Below, one piece after another: positions 49,148-62,930 of a stretch of 64,000 nt of DNA. The notes beneath the pieces are model-generated. The model saw only the letters and a list, made by a program, of their open reading frames with translations, ran no database searches and was not told where the DNA came from. Source of the stretch: Octopus bimaculoides (Eukaryota); the NCBI RefSeq assembly GCF_001194135.2, contig NC_068998.1, positions 24,529,963-24,593,962 of the forward strand. Direction: 5' to 3'. Each line of letters begins with the position of its first letter. Position 1 is the first letter of the stretch. The position numbers and the translations under genes were made by a program.

Positions 49148-51006
49148 AATTAAAAACACCTGTGATCAACGACGTTCTAATCATGACAGTCAAATACTTT
49201 TTTTTTTTTTTTGACAAGATAGCTGTTTTGTTGTCGAATTGGGGCATTTCACTGATCATAAATCCTTAATGTTTTATTCTCCTTGTTGTTTATAGATCAT
49301 AATTTGATGTAATGTTATTGACGAAGTTTATACTGAAAGACGGTTTTACTCAACACATCTTTGATTTCTTTTAGTTGCTGTTTCTAGAAGATTGGGCAAT
49401 CATGTCGGACATCTTTTTTGAATTATATTCAATTAACATTGCTACAAATGAATAAAATATCCAAATTCGAAAATGTTGTTGGCAGTGATAGGCAAATATT
49501 TTGTGAAGTAATATTGATATTACAACAAGCTACTAATTATAATGTTACGCGTTTTCTGGATTGAATTTTGTAACTGTTACGTCATAATAACATTGTTACG
49601 CCGCTGACGCAGGCATGGTCATGTTAATAAAATTTGCTTAATAATCGTGTGGTCTCCTGTTGGAGTCAATTATGTATCATCTTGGGCAAGTGATCTTACC
49701 ATACATCATGGATAGAGTCAATTGTTATAAGTAAAATTGCGTTGACAGAAACGAGACTGAAGTCCGTCAGATGGCTGTATATATAATATGGAATACTTAA
49801 TGCTCTGTCCTGAGTTCAAGTGTCACCGAGGTTGACTTTTCTTTTCAACATTTCGGGGGCGATGAAATAAGTACCAGTTGAACACTAGGGTCACGATGTA
49901 ATCGAGTTACCTTTCCCCCAAAATTGCTGACATTGTACCAACATTTGAGACCAATATTAACATACATATTGCTATTTTGTACCAACTTAACTCTATACTT
50001 ATTGTGCAAAAGGTACACCTTTGGTAATTTCGCCCTATCATCGCTTTGGATTATCATCATGCCTGTCACATAACCACCCAACGAGGGTATCTCTGCGATG
50101 CTGTTGACTTGTTAGAATTAACAGCTAAATCTTCTTTTTACCTTCATTAAAGACTTCTTTTAAAGAACCCAAAATGGTCACGGCTGTAATGCCTTTTACC
50201 ATAGGTCTGTTCAATCAAAGCTGAATTGGTTTAAAACAACAACGATATCAGAACATGTTAAAATATTTCTTATGTCTAAAACAGTGGTTATCAACCGAGG
50301 TCTAATATAAGATTTGTGGTCCACACAAGCAAAGTAGTACATTGGGTCCACTGTAGTATTTTATGGGTTCGTGAAAATATTTTGCTTTACATGTATTAAT
50401 TGTAAGAAGCAGCTAGGTTTCTTCCTCTGATGTTTTACATGGTTCAGCCTACACAAGGGAATCTGTGATAAACAAAATAGGAACTTCGAAAGAAATCGAT
50501 TAAAAACTACTTTCTAATCATTGAATGGCTATGGGTGGGTCCATCAGAATAAAATAGTAATGAAAGGGGTCCATAGAATTAAAAATGGCTGAGAACCACT
50601 AGTTTTAAATACATTCAGTAAAATAAGCAGACCATCACCGAAAAAGATCCAGTCAAGCCAATCTCATCTTCATTTTACCACATAGTTATTCATGTATTAC
50701 TCACATAATCCAGAATGTCCCTTCCAATAATTGAAATGTATGATTTGAGTGAGTTTTTAGCTGTTACTTCTAGCTACCTGAACTTTCACGAAGTGATTCC
50801 ATCGCTGAATCGTTCAATTAATTATATTACGAAAGTATGAAATCTAGATCCTCATGAATACTATTGACAGTGATAGCTAGATAGCCAAAGATTTTATGAA
50901 TTAATGTTGATTTTAAAGTAGTCTGTCACTTCCTATAATGTTGTGAACTTTGTTGCCATAGTTATATATCTGTTATGTCATAATAAGATCTTATCTCTCT
51001 ACGTAG

Positions 51007-51041
<35 letters not shown>

Positions 51042-51398
51042 TCTTCGCTTGCTCGCTCTTTCTATTTACATATCTGCCTCTATTATATTTACTCCTTTAT
51101 CTGTTTACTTATTTACCTTGTTCTTCCCGTCTTTTTCACTACACCTCTTTCTTTACACATCAAATAAGCCTTCGTCATCACTCAAACATTTTGAAATAGT
51201 AGCCATAACACCCTCTAGCCAGATGCTATCGTTTTAAAACAGGAAGAACAATACATTAGATTGCATTGAAGCTGCTTTCGCTGTTTCCCATGACTCTCAG
51301 TCGCCATCCAATTCCATTATTATGAACTTGAACTAAGAGATTGAGTCATAATGAATTTTTCATTAGCTGATTGCACAACCATGGACGCCACCCCTAAG

Positions 51399-51564
51399 CA
51401 GGGCCAGCTCAAGGTACCGGCAACTCGGGTAGTCGCTCGGGGCGCCATATGTTAGGGGGCAACAAGGAGGGCGTGACAAAGACAAGGTAAGTTCCACGAC
51501 CGTCAGCTTGTACACACCGAATTTCAGCTTGCCCGAGGTACCAGCAACACTAGAGTCAGCCCTG
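51399..51564. mobile_element. hAT-type MITE, 166 bp
   Basis: Imperfect TIRs CAGGGCCAGCTC and GAGTCAGCCCTG; 8-bp TSD CCCCTAAG/CCCCTCAG. Confidence 0.75.
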
Positions 51565-51697
51565 CCCCTCAGGATGCGCTGCAGTTACTTTCTTGATAGA
51601 GTTTGGTGATACTGACCGTTGATCTTCTAGGATTCCTCCGCTCAGAATCAATGTAAGAAGCACCATTGACTCATTTGAGCTCTTTTACTACCTCTTC

Positions 51698-52084
51698 GTG
51701 GAGGTGCAATGGCCCAGTAGTTAGGGCAGCGGACTCGCGGTCATAGGATCGCAGTTTCGATTCCCAGAACGGGCGTTGTGAGTGTTTATTGAGCGCAAAC
51801 ACCTAAAGCTCCACTAGGCTCCGGCAGGGGATGGTGACGACCCTGCTGTGCTCTTTCACCACAGCTTTCTCTCACTCTTACTTCCTGTTTCTGTTGTGCC
51901 TGTAATTCAAAGGGTCAGCCTTGTCACACTGTGTCACGCTGAATATCCCCGAGAACTACATTAAGGGTACACCTGTCTGTGGGGTGCTCAGCCACTTGCA
52001 CGTTAATTTCACGAGCAGGCTGTTCCATTGATCGGATCAACTGGAACCCTCGACGTCGTTAGCGACGGAGTGCCAACAACAACA
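51698..52084 (+). mobile_element. tRNA-derived SINE (family B), full length, 11-bp TSD
   Basis: A/B-box head, (CAA)n tail, ACTACCTCTTC at 51687-51697 and 52085-52095. Confidence 0.9.
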
Positions 52085-52619
52085 ACTACCTCTTCACAAT
52101 CCGCCATGCTGCAGTCGCATAGTTACGGGTTGTCCTTTGGCGAGGCATAGCAACCGTTCAGACACTGTGCCAGGACATTAGATAAGCTAATTGAAGATGT
52201 GCCGTTTGAGGAAAATGATGAGATGGTCGTGGTTAAAGCGGTTTTGATGTTAAGTTTGCTCCACCAATGTTCGGTCCAGTCTAATCATCAGCAACAACGC
52301 CCAACGATGGCGTCCAATGTTTTAGTGTTTAATAATATTTTCAATTATTGCTGTATCTAAGAACAATCCATCCAATTAGTCAATTATTAAACAGACGCAC
52401 GGATTGGTATTATCATTCGCTTCTGTATTCTACCATTATCTGGTGTAGTGTAAGAAACTATTTTTGTCACACTCCGCTGCTCTGTTCACCGATCTCTGTT
52501 ATATCGACGAAGTTTCCAATTGATAATTTATTAAAGACACTATTTATTTACGTAGTCATTCATTTATTTTCTGTTGTTGTTGCTATTACCATCATCATCA
52601 TTATCATCATCCTCATCAC

Positions 52620-52635
52620 CAGTAGCAGCAGCGGC

Positions 52636-52666
<31 letters not shown>

Positions 52667-52682
52667 GTAGTAGTATCATCAT
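52620..52682 (+). repeat. (AGC)/(AGT)n trinucleotide tract
   Basis: Directly visible. Confidence 0.85.
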
Positions 52683-53153
52683 CAAACAATGTACAAATTA
52701 AAATGTGTAGACACGATGTGGGAGTAGGAATGGCGGAAGTATATTTATAAGTTTACTGAGAATAGCCTGCTTTCTCCTAAATAATATTTACATTTACACT
52801 CTTCTTCAGGTGACCTCACTCAATCACACTCAATCACGCAACTAGGGGCAATAATGAGACAAGCTTTGATAGTATACATTTGTATGTATGTGGTGTGTGT
52901 GTGTGTGTGTGTGCATACACACATACATGCACACATATACACATATCTACATGGCGATAAATACAAACAAGCAATAAATACAAGCACATATATTCCGTCT
53001 GAATGATATAGACATGCCGCACACGTACATACACACATGCACATAGACGTATATGTGTATGCATTCACACACTAATATATATGCGTGTATATATATATAT
53101 ATAGATAGATAGATCGATAGATATGTAGAGATATTTGTAAATATATCTATATG

Positions 53154-53232
<79 letters not shown>

Positions 53233-53599
53233 GCATATATAGGTACAGGACATTACCAACAGTAAACAACATGAAATACGAAAACAAATGAGTCCTATAC
53301 GCAAGCAACGAGAGAAAAAAATGGAAAATTAGACAAGTAACATAAAGAACGACCCTTCATCAATTATCGGCTCTCTATCTACTCATCATTTCGAGCATTG
53401 AACGGCAGTATGAGTCTTCGAAGACAGTTGCTCCCATAAGTACCAAAATAGAATTTGGGATTTATGGTGGGTCAAAGTTGGGAACAAAAACAGCGGAGAC
53501 ATACAAAGAAACCGAACGAAAACAAACATATATATATACACATATATATTGAGTTGGAACAATAGGTCATTCCACCTTTTAAGTAAAATTCAAAAAGTA

Positions 53600-54095
53600 T
53601 TTAGATATTTGGACATAATTTTAATAAACCAGACATCCTGTTTGGTTGCACAATCATTCGGCATCTTTGAGGCTGCCTCATGCTTCCATCTGCCAACATC
53701 TTGGCATCTTTTAGGGTTACCAACTGGTCTAAGTGGATTTTACTGGTTTGAAAAATTTCAAGTTTTCCCGCTAAAAGAATTTCTCGGGTCGAAATAAATG
53801 ATAATCCAAAGGTGAGTACGGTGGGTGTGATAGGACATCCTAACCAACCCGTACCAATTTCTACCGGATCTATGAGAAAATGAGAGGTTTAGTGTTGTAC
53901 TGAAGGAAGACAACACCATTCAGATTGGCGGTTTCTGGAGGATTTCCAGCAGTTGCCTCCTTCAATCAAATTGGAAACAATACTTGGATTTTTTCTGTTT
54001 GGCCCTTATTTTTCATTTCCCTCAGTTTTGTTCCAGTTGATTTCAAATTTGGTGTATTGATGTAGTTTCTGTGCTAATTATTCCTTTTCGCCATG
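53600..54095 (-). mobile_element. Decayed mariner transposase C-terminal half
   Basis: ANLNGVVFLQYNTKP (HDNARP-like), DVLSHPPYSP-LDYHLFR, DGSMRQPQRCRMIVQPN across frameshifts. Confidence 0.8.
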
Positions 54096-54150
54096 AATTA
54101 ATAAATAAAATGTTAATAGCTTTTAAAGTTTGCAAATTTTGGATAATTTT

Positions 54151-54288
54151 AGCTAACCGAAAGTCACAGACTTATTGGTGCCAGTTTCTGTAATAACAAG
54201 CCAAAGTATAGCCTGCTTTAGCCAATCGAAAGCCACAGACAAATTGGTGCTTGTTTCCATAGTAACAAACCAAGGTATATTCTGCTTT
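54151..54288 (+). repeat. Diverged 69-bp tandem duplication with CCAAT motifs and an RFX X-box
   Basis: Units 54151-54219 and 54220-54288; GTTTCCATAGTAAC at 54253-54266. Confidence 0.7.
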
Positions 54289-54554
54289 CCAACCGTTTAT
54301 ACTTTACCCGGGATGGGGATTCTTGCAAGAGAAGGGTAGTATCCCCGAAAGGAAACTATGTACACAAAAACATTATATGAACAAAAAGATACTTCGCGGG
54401 AATATTTATTAGTGGTGCTCCCGAAAATAATGCAAATAATGCACCCTTCCTTCTTCTTAGGACTGTACCGCTTTTCATTTATTCACTGTCAAAGAATTGA
54501 CTTCAGTCCTGTTTTGTGTTGAGGAACTAGGGATTAGCCACTGCTCCGCAACCC

Positions 54555-54890
54555 AGTTCAAATTGGAGGTCCTTGGAAGATTGTTGAGACAGACGTAAAT
54601 ACAACCGAGAAAGGCGCCTGAGCAGTAAGTTTTCGGAGGAGTGTGTCGCGAGCCCAAACATGCTTTTCTTAATGTCATTTCAGAATCGCGATACACTGGA
54701 GGAATACATACGTCAGTCAATTCTTCCAGGCACACAATTTTCAGTAACTTGTGGAGGGCCTACTCCCACATTTCGGAATTTGATGGTTATAATTTTCGCC
54801 ATAGAACACTGAGTCACAGCGTTGAGTTTACTAACTCAAAAAATGGTACCACACTCAATAAGTGGAAAGCACACGGGCCTCTGTCAAACT
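54555..54890 (+). mobile_element. Merlin (IS1016/ISXO2-like) transposase remnant
   Basis: IGGPWKIVETD..KYNRERR, FGGVCRE, NRDTLEEYIRQSILPGT, IFSNLWRAY, HRTLSHSVEF. Confidence 0.8.
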
Positions 54891-55272
54891 AACTAATAAA
54901 CAATGCTGTGACACACACCGTTCCATAGTTGACTCGTATCTCTACGAGTTTATGTGACGTAGTAGATGCGAAAATTGTAATTTGCTTCACAAACTCTTTG
55001 AAGGCTTCGCAAACTTTCGCTTTATATTTTCGTTACAAAATATGCATTGTTTACATGAATTGAACTACAGTTATTTTTTCTTTTGTAATTAATTAAACGA
55101 TGTTGTTTTTTCGTAATTTAACGTTCATTTTGTTTGGTCATTTTTTGCTAAAACAAATTCATTCAGGAATTTTACTCTTTATATTGTTTACCATGCCTCA
55201 AAAAAATTTTTAATGGCGGATTTTTCTTTTTCTATTTTTTACATGTCTGTTCCAACATTTCACATGGCATTT

Positions 55273-55493
55273 TATCTTTTATCTTTATCTTTTATCGGCC
55301 ATTAGACTGCGGCTATGATGGGGCACCACCTTGAAGTTTTAGTTAAATGAATTGACCCAGTACTTACTTTTCAAGCCTAGTACTTATTCTATCGGTCGCT
55401 TTTGCTTAACCGCCAAGTTACGGGGACGTAAACACACTAATACTGGTTGATGGGGGGACAAACACAGACACAATGGCACACACACACGTGCAT

Positions 55494-55531
<38 letters not shown>

Positions 55532-55594
55532 CGGGCCTCTTTCAGTTTCCGTCCACCAGATCTACTTACAAGGCTTTGGTCGGCCCGAGGCTAT
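55273..55594 (-). mobile_element. SINE family A, runs into an N-gap
   Basis: Homology to 15785-16100. Confidence 0.8.
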
Positions 55595-56363
55595 NNNNNN
55601 NNNNNNNNNNNNNNNNNNNNNNNNNNNNNNNNNNNNNNNNNNNNNNNNNNNNNNNNNNNNNNNNNNNNNNNNNNNNNNNNNNNNNNNNNNNNNNNNNNNN
55701 NNNNNNNNNNNNNNNNNNNNNNNNNNNNNNNNNNNNNNNNNNNNNNNNNNNNNNNNNNNNNNNNNNNNNNNNNNNNNNNNNNNNNNNNNNNNNNNNNNNN
55801 NNNNNNNNNNNNNNNNNNNNNNNNNNNNNNNNNNNNNNNNNNNNNNNNNNNNNNNNNNNNNNNNNNNNNNNNNNNNNNNNNNNNNNNNNNNNNNNNNNNN
55901 NNNNNNNNNNNNNNNNNNNNNNNNNNNNNNNNNNNNNNNNNNNNNNNNNNNNNNNNNNNNNNNNNNNNNNNNNNNNNNNNNNNNNNNNNNNNNNNNNNNN
56001 NNNNNNNNNNNNNNNNNNNNNNNNNNNNNNNNNNNNNNNNNNNNNNNNNNNNNNNNNNNNNNNNNNNNNNNNNNNNNNNNNNNNNNNNNNNNNNNNNNNN
56101 NNNNNNNNNNNNNNNNNNNNNNNNNNNNNNNNNNNNNNNNNNNNNNNNNNNNNNNNNNNNNNNNNNNNNNNNNNNNNNNNNNNNNNNNNNNNNNNNNNNN
56201 NNNNNNNNNNNNNNNNNNNNNNNNNNNNNNNNNNNNNNNNNNNNNNNNNNNNNNNNNNNNNNNNNNNNNNNNNNNNNNNNNNNNNNNNNNNNNNNNNNNN
56301 NNNNNNNNNNNNNNNNNNNNNNNNNNNNNNNNNNNNNNNNNNNNNNNNNNNNNNNNNNNNNNN

Positions 56364-56395
<32 letters not shown>

Positions 56396-57199
56396 GGGTC
56401 AAAATAAATGATGTGTGCACGAGAAACGAGGGGTATACATATGTATATATGCATAGTATGTGATTACATATATAGTTTGTAATTACATATATGCACAATC
56501 ACACACACAAACATATATAGTCATTGATTAGGAACATTATTTTCTTAGTCATGCTGAGTTTTTCTTTTCTTTTCTTTTTTTTTATGACTGATGAAAGTTT
56601 CTAAACAAGAATATATATATCAAGGCAGTATTAACACTATATTTGCTCCACTGGAGACGCTTGAAAAGCACATCTCTTAGTATATCAATGTATTTCATAG
56701 AATTCTTTATTCTGTTTGACATGATTCTCCATGTTAATAGATATATTAAACAAAAATCATGACTGTATTCCTCCCTTTAAAATAGCAAAACAGCACGATT
56801 CATGGCTGATATTAAAATACTCAAGAAAATATTTATTTATTTATTTATCTATTTATCTATTCATCTATTTACGTCTGACCAGCTGATCTCAACTCAAATG
56901 TTACTGCATACACTGTAATATAACTTTGTTATTGTGTTTCTGAGTGAATATTGGAATAAATTTCAGATCTTATAAGTGTCTGGATTTTGATTTTAATGAA
57001 CACTAAAGAATACAGATTAAAAGCTTTAAATTATCAGATATTGGACGAAGTTGTCATGTGTTAGTGACATTACGGTTTAATCGATTAATCTATGTGCCCC
57101 TCCCCCATCTTAACATTTTTGCACAAACGTTGACGGGAAAACGTAGATATATACAAGAATCATACACATATACATACACATGCAACCATCCACCAATAC

Positions 57200-57202
57200 C
57201 TT

Positions 57203-57244
<42 letters not shown>

Positions 57245-57436
57245 ACACACACACACGCATACACACATGACATCTTCTGCATTCATAAGGTACTCGGTTG
57301 TTACCCGTTGTTACATTGCAGCAAAAAATATTTGTTAACCATGCACGTACCATCATACACACATACATACGTACATACATACATGCATACATACATACAT
57401 ACATGCATACATACATACATACATGCATACATACAC

Positions 57437-57471
<35 letters not shown>

Positions 57472-57478
57472 TATATAT
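57200..57478 (+). repeat. (CA)n and (TACA)n microsatellites
   Basis: Directly visible. Confidence 0.9.
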
Positions 57479-57964
57479 TGAAGTTTACTATTTTTTATTC
57501 AAATTTAAATACCAAGTAACAAAGGGGAAAGAGAGATTACAAAGAAAAAGAAAGAAGAACAAGGTGAGAATGTAAAGCACAGAAGATAAAGGAGGAGGGA
57601 CCGATGGGTCACATTACCCGGAACAAATGGCGTGTTCAGTCGTATCCCGTGGTTACGACCCTGATAGCATTGCCTCAGAGTATAGCCAGCGACACTTGCT
57701 ATAGTAGTCACTCCACCTCACAGGGTTCATTTCTCCAGCGAGCCCTATTAGCCCCATTTTGCGGAGAAAATGGGTAGTACGGTGTTCGAGAACATGATAT
57801 ATACATATAGTCACTTTTTAAAGTCTGTGCTGAATTGTGTTGACGGACTTGCACTTAAAATCTTCGCGTTTTTAATCAAAACGTGTTAGTTACTAAGATG
57901 ACAACACTACTTATTTATCTACCTTTATCACACTCTCTTTCTCACTGTATTTCTTTTTCAGCAA

Positions 57965-58151
57965 CAACTTTTTCTTCTCTCTTTCTCTCTTTCTGCTCTC
58001 TCTCTCTCTTTCTGCTCTCTCTCTCTCTTTCTGCTCTCTTTCTTTCTGATCTCTCTCCCTCTCCTTCTCTCCCTCTCTTTCTTCTCACTCTCTCCCTCTC
58101 CCTCTCTTTCTTCTCTCTCTCTCCCTTTCCCTCTCCCTCTCTCTCTCTTTC

Positions 58152-58183
<32 letters not shown>

Positions 58184-58195
58184 TCTTGTCTCTCC
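57965..58195 (+). repeat. Polypyrimidine (CT)-rich tract
   Basis: About 230 nt almost entirely C/T. Confidence 0.9.
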
Positions 58196-58654
58196 ATAGA
58201 TGTTACAGAAAAACAGACGGTGATCAGATTCTCTTTTATTAGATTAGTCAAAACTGAATTTAAGAGATGATTGCAAAAAGAACTTCTCAGTTACTTGGCT
58301 GTTTTACGCAAATACATGAAGAGTATCAGTGAAAAGCCTAAGATTAAAAAACAAAAGCCACGTATCAACTACATAAAATTCTTCAGATCTTCTGGGGTGA
58401 ATAATTCAGTAGGCCCATACACACCAAATACTTTAGGAATATTAGTTAACATAGACTCCAGTGTATAGAGCTTAATTTATAAGATCATTCAACTTTTGTG
58501 TGGTGAAGAACCTTGCTTCCCAACCATGTGATCTTGGGCTTAGCTCAGTCACCTTGGGCAAGTGTCTTCTATTACAGCCCGGGCTAACCACAAACCTGTG
58601 AGTGGATTTGGTAGATGGAATGCAAGAGAAGCCCATCAGGTGTAAACGCGCGCG

Positions 58655-58743
<89 letters not shown>

Positions 58744-58988
58744 AGTTTCAGGGTAGTGCCCCTGAATGACTGCGGTCCAGTAACTGAAACAAGTAAAATA
58801 TATCTGTGTTTATACAATTACCTTTATACAGTACTCATACGTAGGCCAGTTAGATGATTTTTATGTGTATGAAAAATGTATATATATATACATATATAGT
58901 TTCATATTATATAAATCCACTGATGTTAATGTGCTGTCAATATATTTATTATATAAATCCACTGATGGTAATGTGCTGTCAATATATT

Positions 58989-59641
58989 TGTAAGGAACGA
59001 CCGTGCGAACTCAAAAAAGGAGAAATGGTGACGAATGGAAAAACAGAGGACTCCTTTTATTTAAACGTGTCACACGGTCGAACACAAAAAATATATATCA
59101 ATGATGATATACATAATATATGTTATGCGACGATAACATAGATGACCAGTAATGACAGACCACAACCGTATTAGATGAATAACAGAGATATTTATTGTAG
59201 CGTTAAAGATGTATGTGTATGTGAGAGTGTGAATGCGACATATAAGAACATAATCAAAGACAGGCCGTCATACAAAGAAAAGTGTGTATGTGAGTGATAC
59301 ATGTGTGTGAGTTATTACAGCAGATGGAAAGAGAGTCAATAACACGTGAGCAATTATACCAGTTCTTTAGTACACTATAGGAAGAGTTCTGTATGTGAAG
59401 TTGGGGAGGCTGAGTGTGGCAGCGGATCACTAGTTGTGATGTCGTGGCATCGATGCCGGGCCGTGATTGGTCAGTTTGCGTTCTGGCGGGAAAGGTTCGA
59501 AGAATTTGCCGCTTCAAATAATAATCAGTCACGTGATGACAAGGCTGGTGTTTTCCCCTACGTTCGCGTTTGTTTATATTTAAATGAGAATGAATGGCGA
59601 TAGCAGTTTTGTATCTAGTGACGATAGGTAGTTTCACTACA
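58989..59641 (-). mobile_element. Probable solo LTR, 653 bp
   Basis: TGTA...TACA termini; promoter motifs near the minus-strand 5' end and AATAAA further 3'; imperfect 5-bp flanks ATATT/CTATT. Confidence 0.55.
59465..59537. promoter_or_regulatory. Cluster of CCAAT, E2F (TGGCGGGAAA), CHR-like (TTCAAA) and E-box (GTCACGTGAT) motifs
   Basis: Motifs at 59466, 59484, 59513 and 59528 in a CpG-rich patch inside the putative LTR. Confidence 0.45.
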
Positions 59642-60391
59642 CTATTATATAAATGCACTGATGTTAATGTGCTGTCAATATATTTGGGTATATAATTTCT
59701 TGTTAAAATCAAAATGTTTACGAGCACATAATGGAAGCTATAAAACGGAAAAATGTACATATTATTAAATTAGTAGAAAATAACTCAGTAAATAATACGT
59801 TGCTCAGTTTAAAGATAGTCGCAACTCAGGATAACTAGTTGTTCTCTATAGAAGCTGAACAAAATGTTAATGACTAATTAACAACTAGAGAAAGGTGAAA
59901 ATATAAAAGATTACACAAAGCTGCCTCAGTCAGCAAAAGCAACCTATGACCGATGTGTTCTGTTAATTAACACTGAAAGTTGCTCACTATTTGTTAGTTG
60001 GTAATTGTATAAAATAACGGCTAAAAATAGCTTGTACATAGCTAGTTCCTTATTGGCTAACATACATAACAACGAATGTACTAAAATATTGTCTGAGTAA
60101 AGTCTCTGTTTCTCTTTTTCCTATTCTCCCCCCCCCCCCTTTTTGTCTTCATACATATATAGATAAATATGCGTGTGCGTGTCTGAAGGTGTGATAGGAA
60201 AATCAGTAGATCATCAGATAAATGACATTATGGTATTTGTTTATGTCCTGTTACACACATAATTCACCTACACGTTAATTTTATCCCTCTGAGATTGGTT
60301 CTATCGGGCAGCAGTGTCAAACAAGTCATATTACACTTGTCAGCTATTGCACAAGTAACCAGCTGAATCTGTATCATTCAAAAGCCTATAG

Positions 60392-60442
<51 letters not shown>

Positions 60443-60778
60443 CAGCTAAAACAATTGTTGGTACATATTTAGTAAGATTACGCCGATAGAGACTGCGATG
60501 TCAGAGATATTTAGTAGAGTCTTTGTCATTATTTCAAGCAAACATTTTGTAATAACACAGAGTAAAGAAACTCAACCCCATAAACACTTGCCCTCTATTT
60601 AATACCTATTTTTTGTTCTAATTCAATCCATCATGTCTAATATTGACACTCTCTTCATGCTGGTATTGTCTAGTCCACAGTCAACCCAGTCAGAAAAGAA
60701 CTCAATTAACTGACAATCTAGTTGTGATGCTTTTTATTCAAATACATAGCAATATATGGCTGCTTTATTACCAATAGT

Positions 60779-60825
<47 letters not shown>

Positions 60826-60881
60826 TTTATATTATTATATGATCAAACGCCACGCATCCTTTTCCAAGTAAGTTTTATCTT

Positions 60882-60926
<45 letters not shown>

Positions 60927-60957
60927 NNNNNNNNNNTTTCCAAGTAAGTTTTATCTT

Positions 60958-61006
<49 letters not shown>

Positions 61007-61269
61007 ATATATATATATATATATATATAAACACACACACATACATAAATACATACATACATACACACACACACATATACGCATATATGCACACATATAT
61101 ACGCATATACTTACACATAAGTACACACATATACACACACAAACACATATATACACACACAGACAAACAAAAGTGCGCGCGCGCGTATAGCTGTTATATT
61201 TTTTGACAAAGAAAAGCAATGCATGAAAAGAATTTCTGGAAATTGCTTTTCTTTTGAAAAGAAGGAACA

Positions 61270-62130
61270 TTACTGTTGTCTTTTAAGTCTAAAATTGCTG
61301 ATGGAGTAAAAATGAATGCTGTTGAGTTCAGATACGAAGTAACTGCTTTTGGAGCAAAATAACAGGTGGAGAGAATATTTGGGAAGTTGTATGCTGGAGG
61401 AGGAGGCACGGTACGCATTATCTTTTGGGTTGATGACCATCACTGTTGATAGAACTGTACATTTCTGGAAGTGCATGCCTTCTAGAACTTTATTTCTGGA
61501 GAAGAAAAATCAACACCAAGATTTAAAGCTTCCGCATTGTCTCATGCTTCTTCTAGGAGGAAATCCTGCTGGTAACATGAAATTAAACCCTTACATATGT
61601 ATTACTCTAAAAATGGAAAAGTTTTGAAAAGGTTACTCAAAGTTTAATCTTCCTCTTATTTGGCATTGAAATAAGAAGGCAGATGTGTCTAAGAACTTTT
61701 CAAATAATAGCTTACAAGCAAGTTTTTGTCCTGTTGTAGAACAGTAGAGAGTGAAACATTTCCGACAAAGTATTGCTCTCTTTAGACAATGCATCAAATC
61801 ACTCCACTGAAACTAAATGAGCTTTCTGATAGTGTGAGAGTAGAATATATCCTGGAGAAATCAAATTCTTTGCTTCAGTCTATGGATTAAGGCATTTGAC
61901 AAGGAAAGTAAACCTGCACTCAGAAATTTCTGGATGAAATTCAACATAAAAGATGGTGTGGATAACAGCTGAGTCATAAAAATCAAGTGAAGTCCTCAAT
62001 TTTGAATGGTGCTTAGGAAAATATATGGTCAAAATGTATCAATGATTTTACAAATTTTCTTGAAGCAGAAAGTCTACATCAAATTCAAAGAGATATTGTA
62101 CAAAATATGAAGAAAAATATGTTCAGGATA
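61270..62130 (+). mobile_element. Decayed Tigger/pogo transposase (DDE region)
   Basis: FWKCMPSRT(F)ISGEEKSTPRFKAS, LLLGGNPAGNMKLNP, KVLLSLDNA, LQSMD*GI. Confidence 0.85.
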
Positions 62131-62369
62131 AAATAAGAATCCTAACAGGGTACATTTTTATCATGAAAGAAGTTGACTACTGACTGACGGGATGGAATGA
62201 GTGTTACTGCTAGGACAAGGAATACTATATTCTGTCTTATAGTCCATCATCAACATTTGCTTGAGAGGTGATGAAGAACTTGACCAAAATTGTTTGATCT
62301 TTATGGTGCATCATCTCTTTGTGTAGCTTACAGGAAGAAAAAAAATTAGAGTATACATATCTTGCAATT

Positions 62370-62930
62370 TTTATGATACGGTCATTATTGTTGTTATCAT
62401 CAGCAATGGTCTGGTATGCAACTCACTTCAGAAACTATTTTCTCCAGTTGTTCAGATAATTGGAAATAGCCTCTTTATCAGCGTTGGCAGCTTTGCCAGT
62501 CGTTTTATTTTTCATACTGTGCTGACTCAAGTACACTGAAACTTTTCAAACCACTGCATCATACAAATTTTTAGATCTTCTGAATTACTCTGGTACTTAT
62601 AGACATATTATGATGAGTCAAATTTTTTGATCCACACACCAAAGAACCATTCCATTTTATGCATTGCATTAAATCTATCAAGAATAAATAAATAAATAAA
62701 AAGGTCTAACGAGTGAATGAAGTAGTTACATGAGCACTTCATTTTCTGCCTATTTTCACATATTGCTCCCACTGATGATGTTACAAGCTTTAATGTTTAG
62801 GTAATGTGTCTGATATTTTCCTCCCGTTTGAAGATTTTTTGAGACATCATGTTTACTATTGAGTGTAATCCTTTTATGGTTATTTTTCAAACTACTGCCT
62901 TCAGTTCCACTTAATGGGCTCCTTCCAGCC
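62370..62930 (-). mobile_element. Second Tigger/pogo fragment (N-terminal HTH region), opposite orientation
   Basis: KRITLNSKHDVSK.. and GKAANADKEAISNYL (GEAASAD-like). Confidence 0.65.

Larger units (their letters stand above)
58905..59684 (+). repeat. 42-bp tandem unit, 3 copies (58905, 58947, 59643), split by the putative LTR
   Basis: tattatataaat(c/g)cactgatg(t/g)taatgtgctgtcaatatatt. Confidence 0.85.

Noticed and set aside
53700-53817. Strong plus-strand donor AAG|GTGAGT suggesting an exon
   Set aside because: It is the antisense of the mariner YSP codons, and the upstream plus frames contain stops
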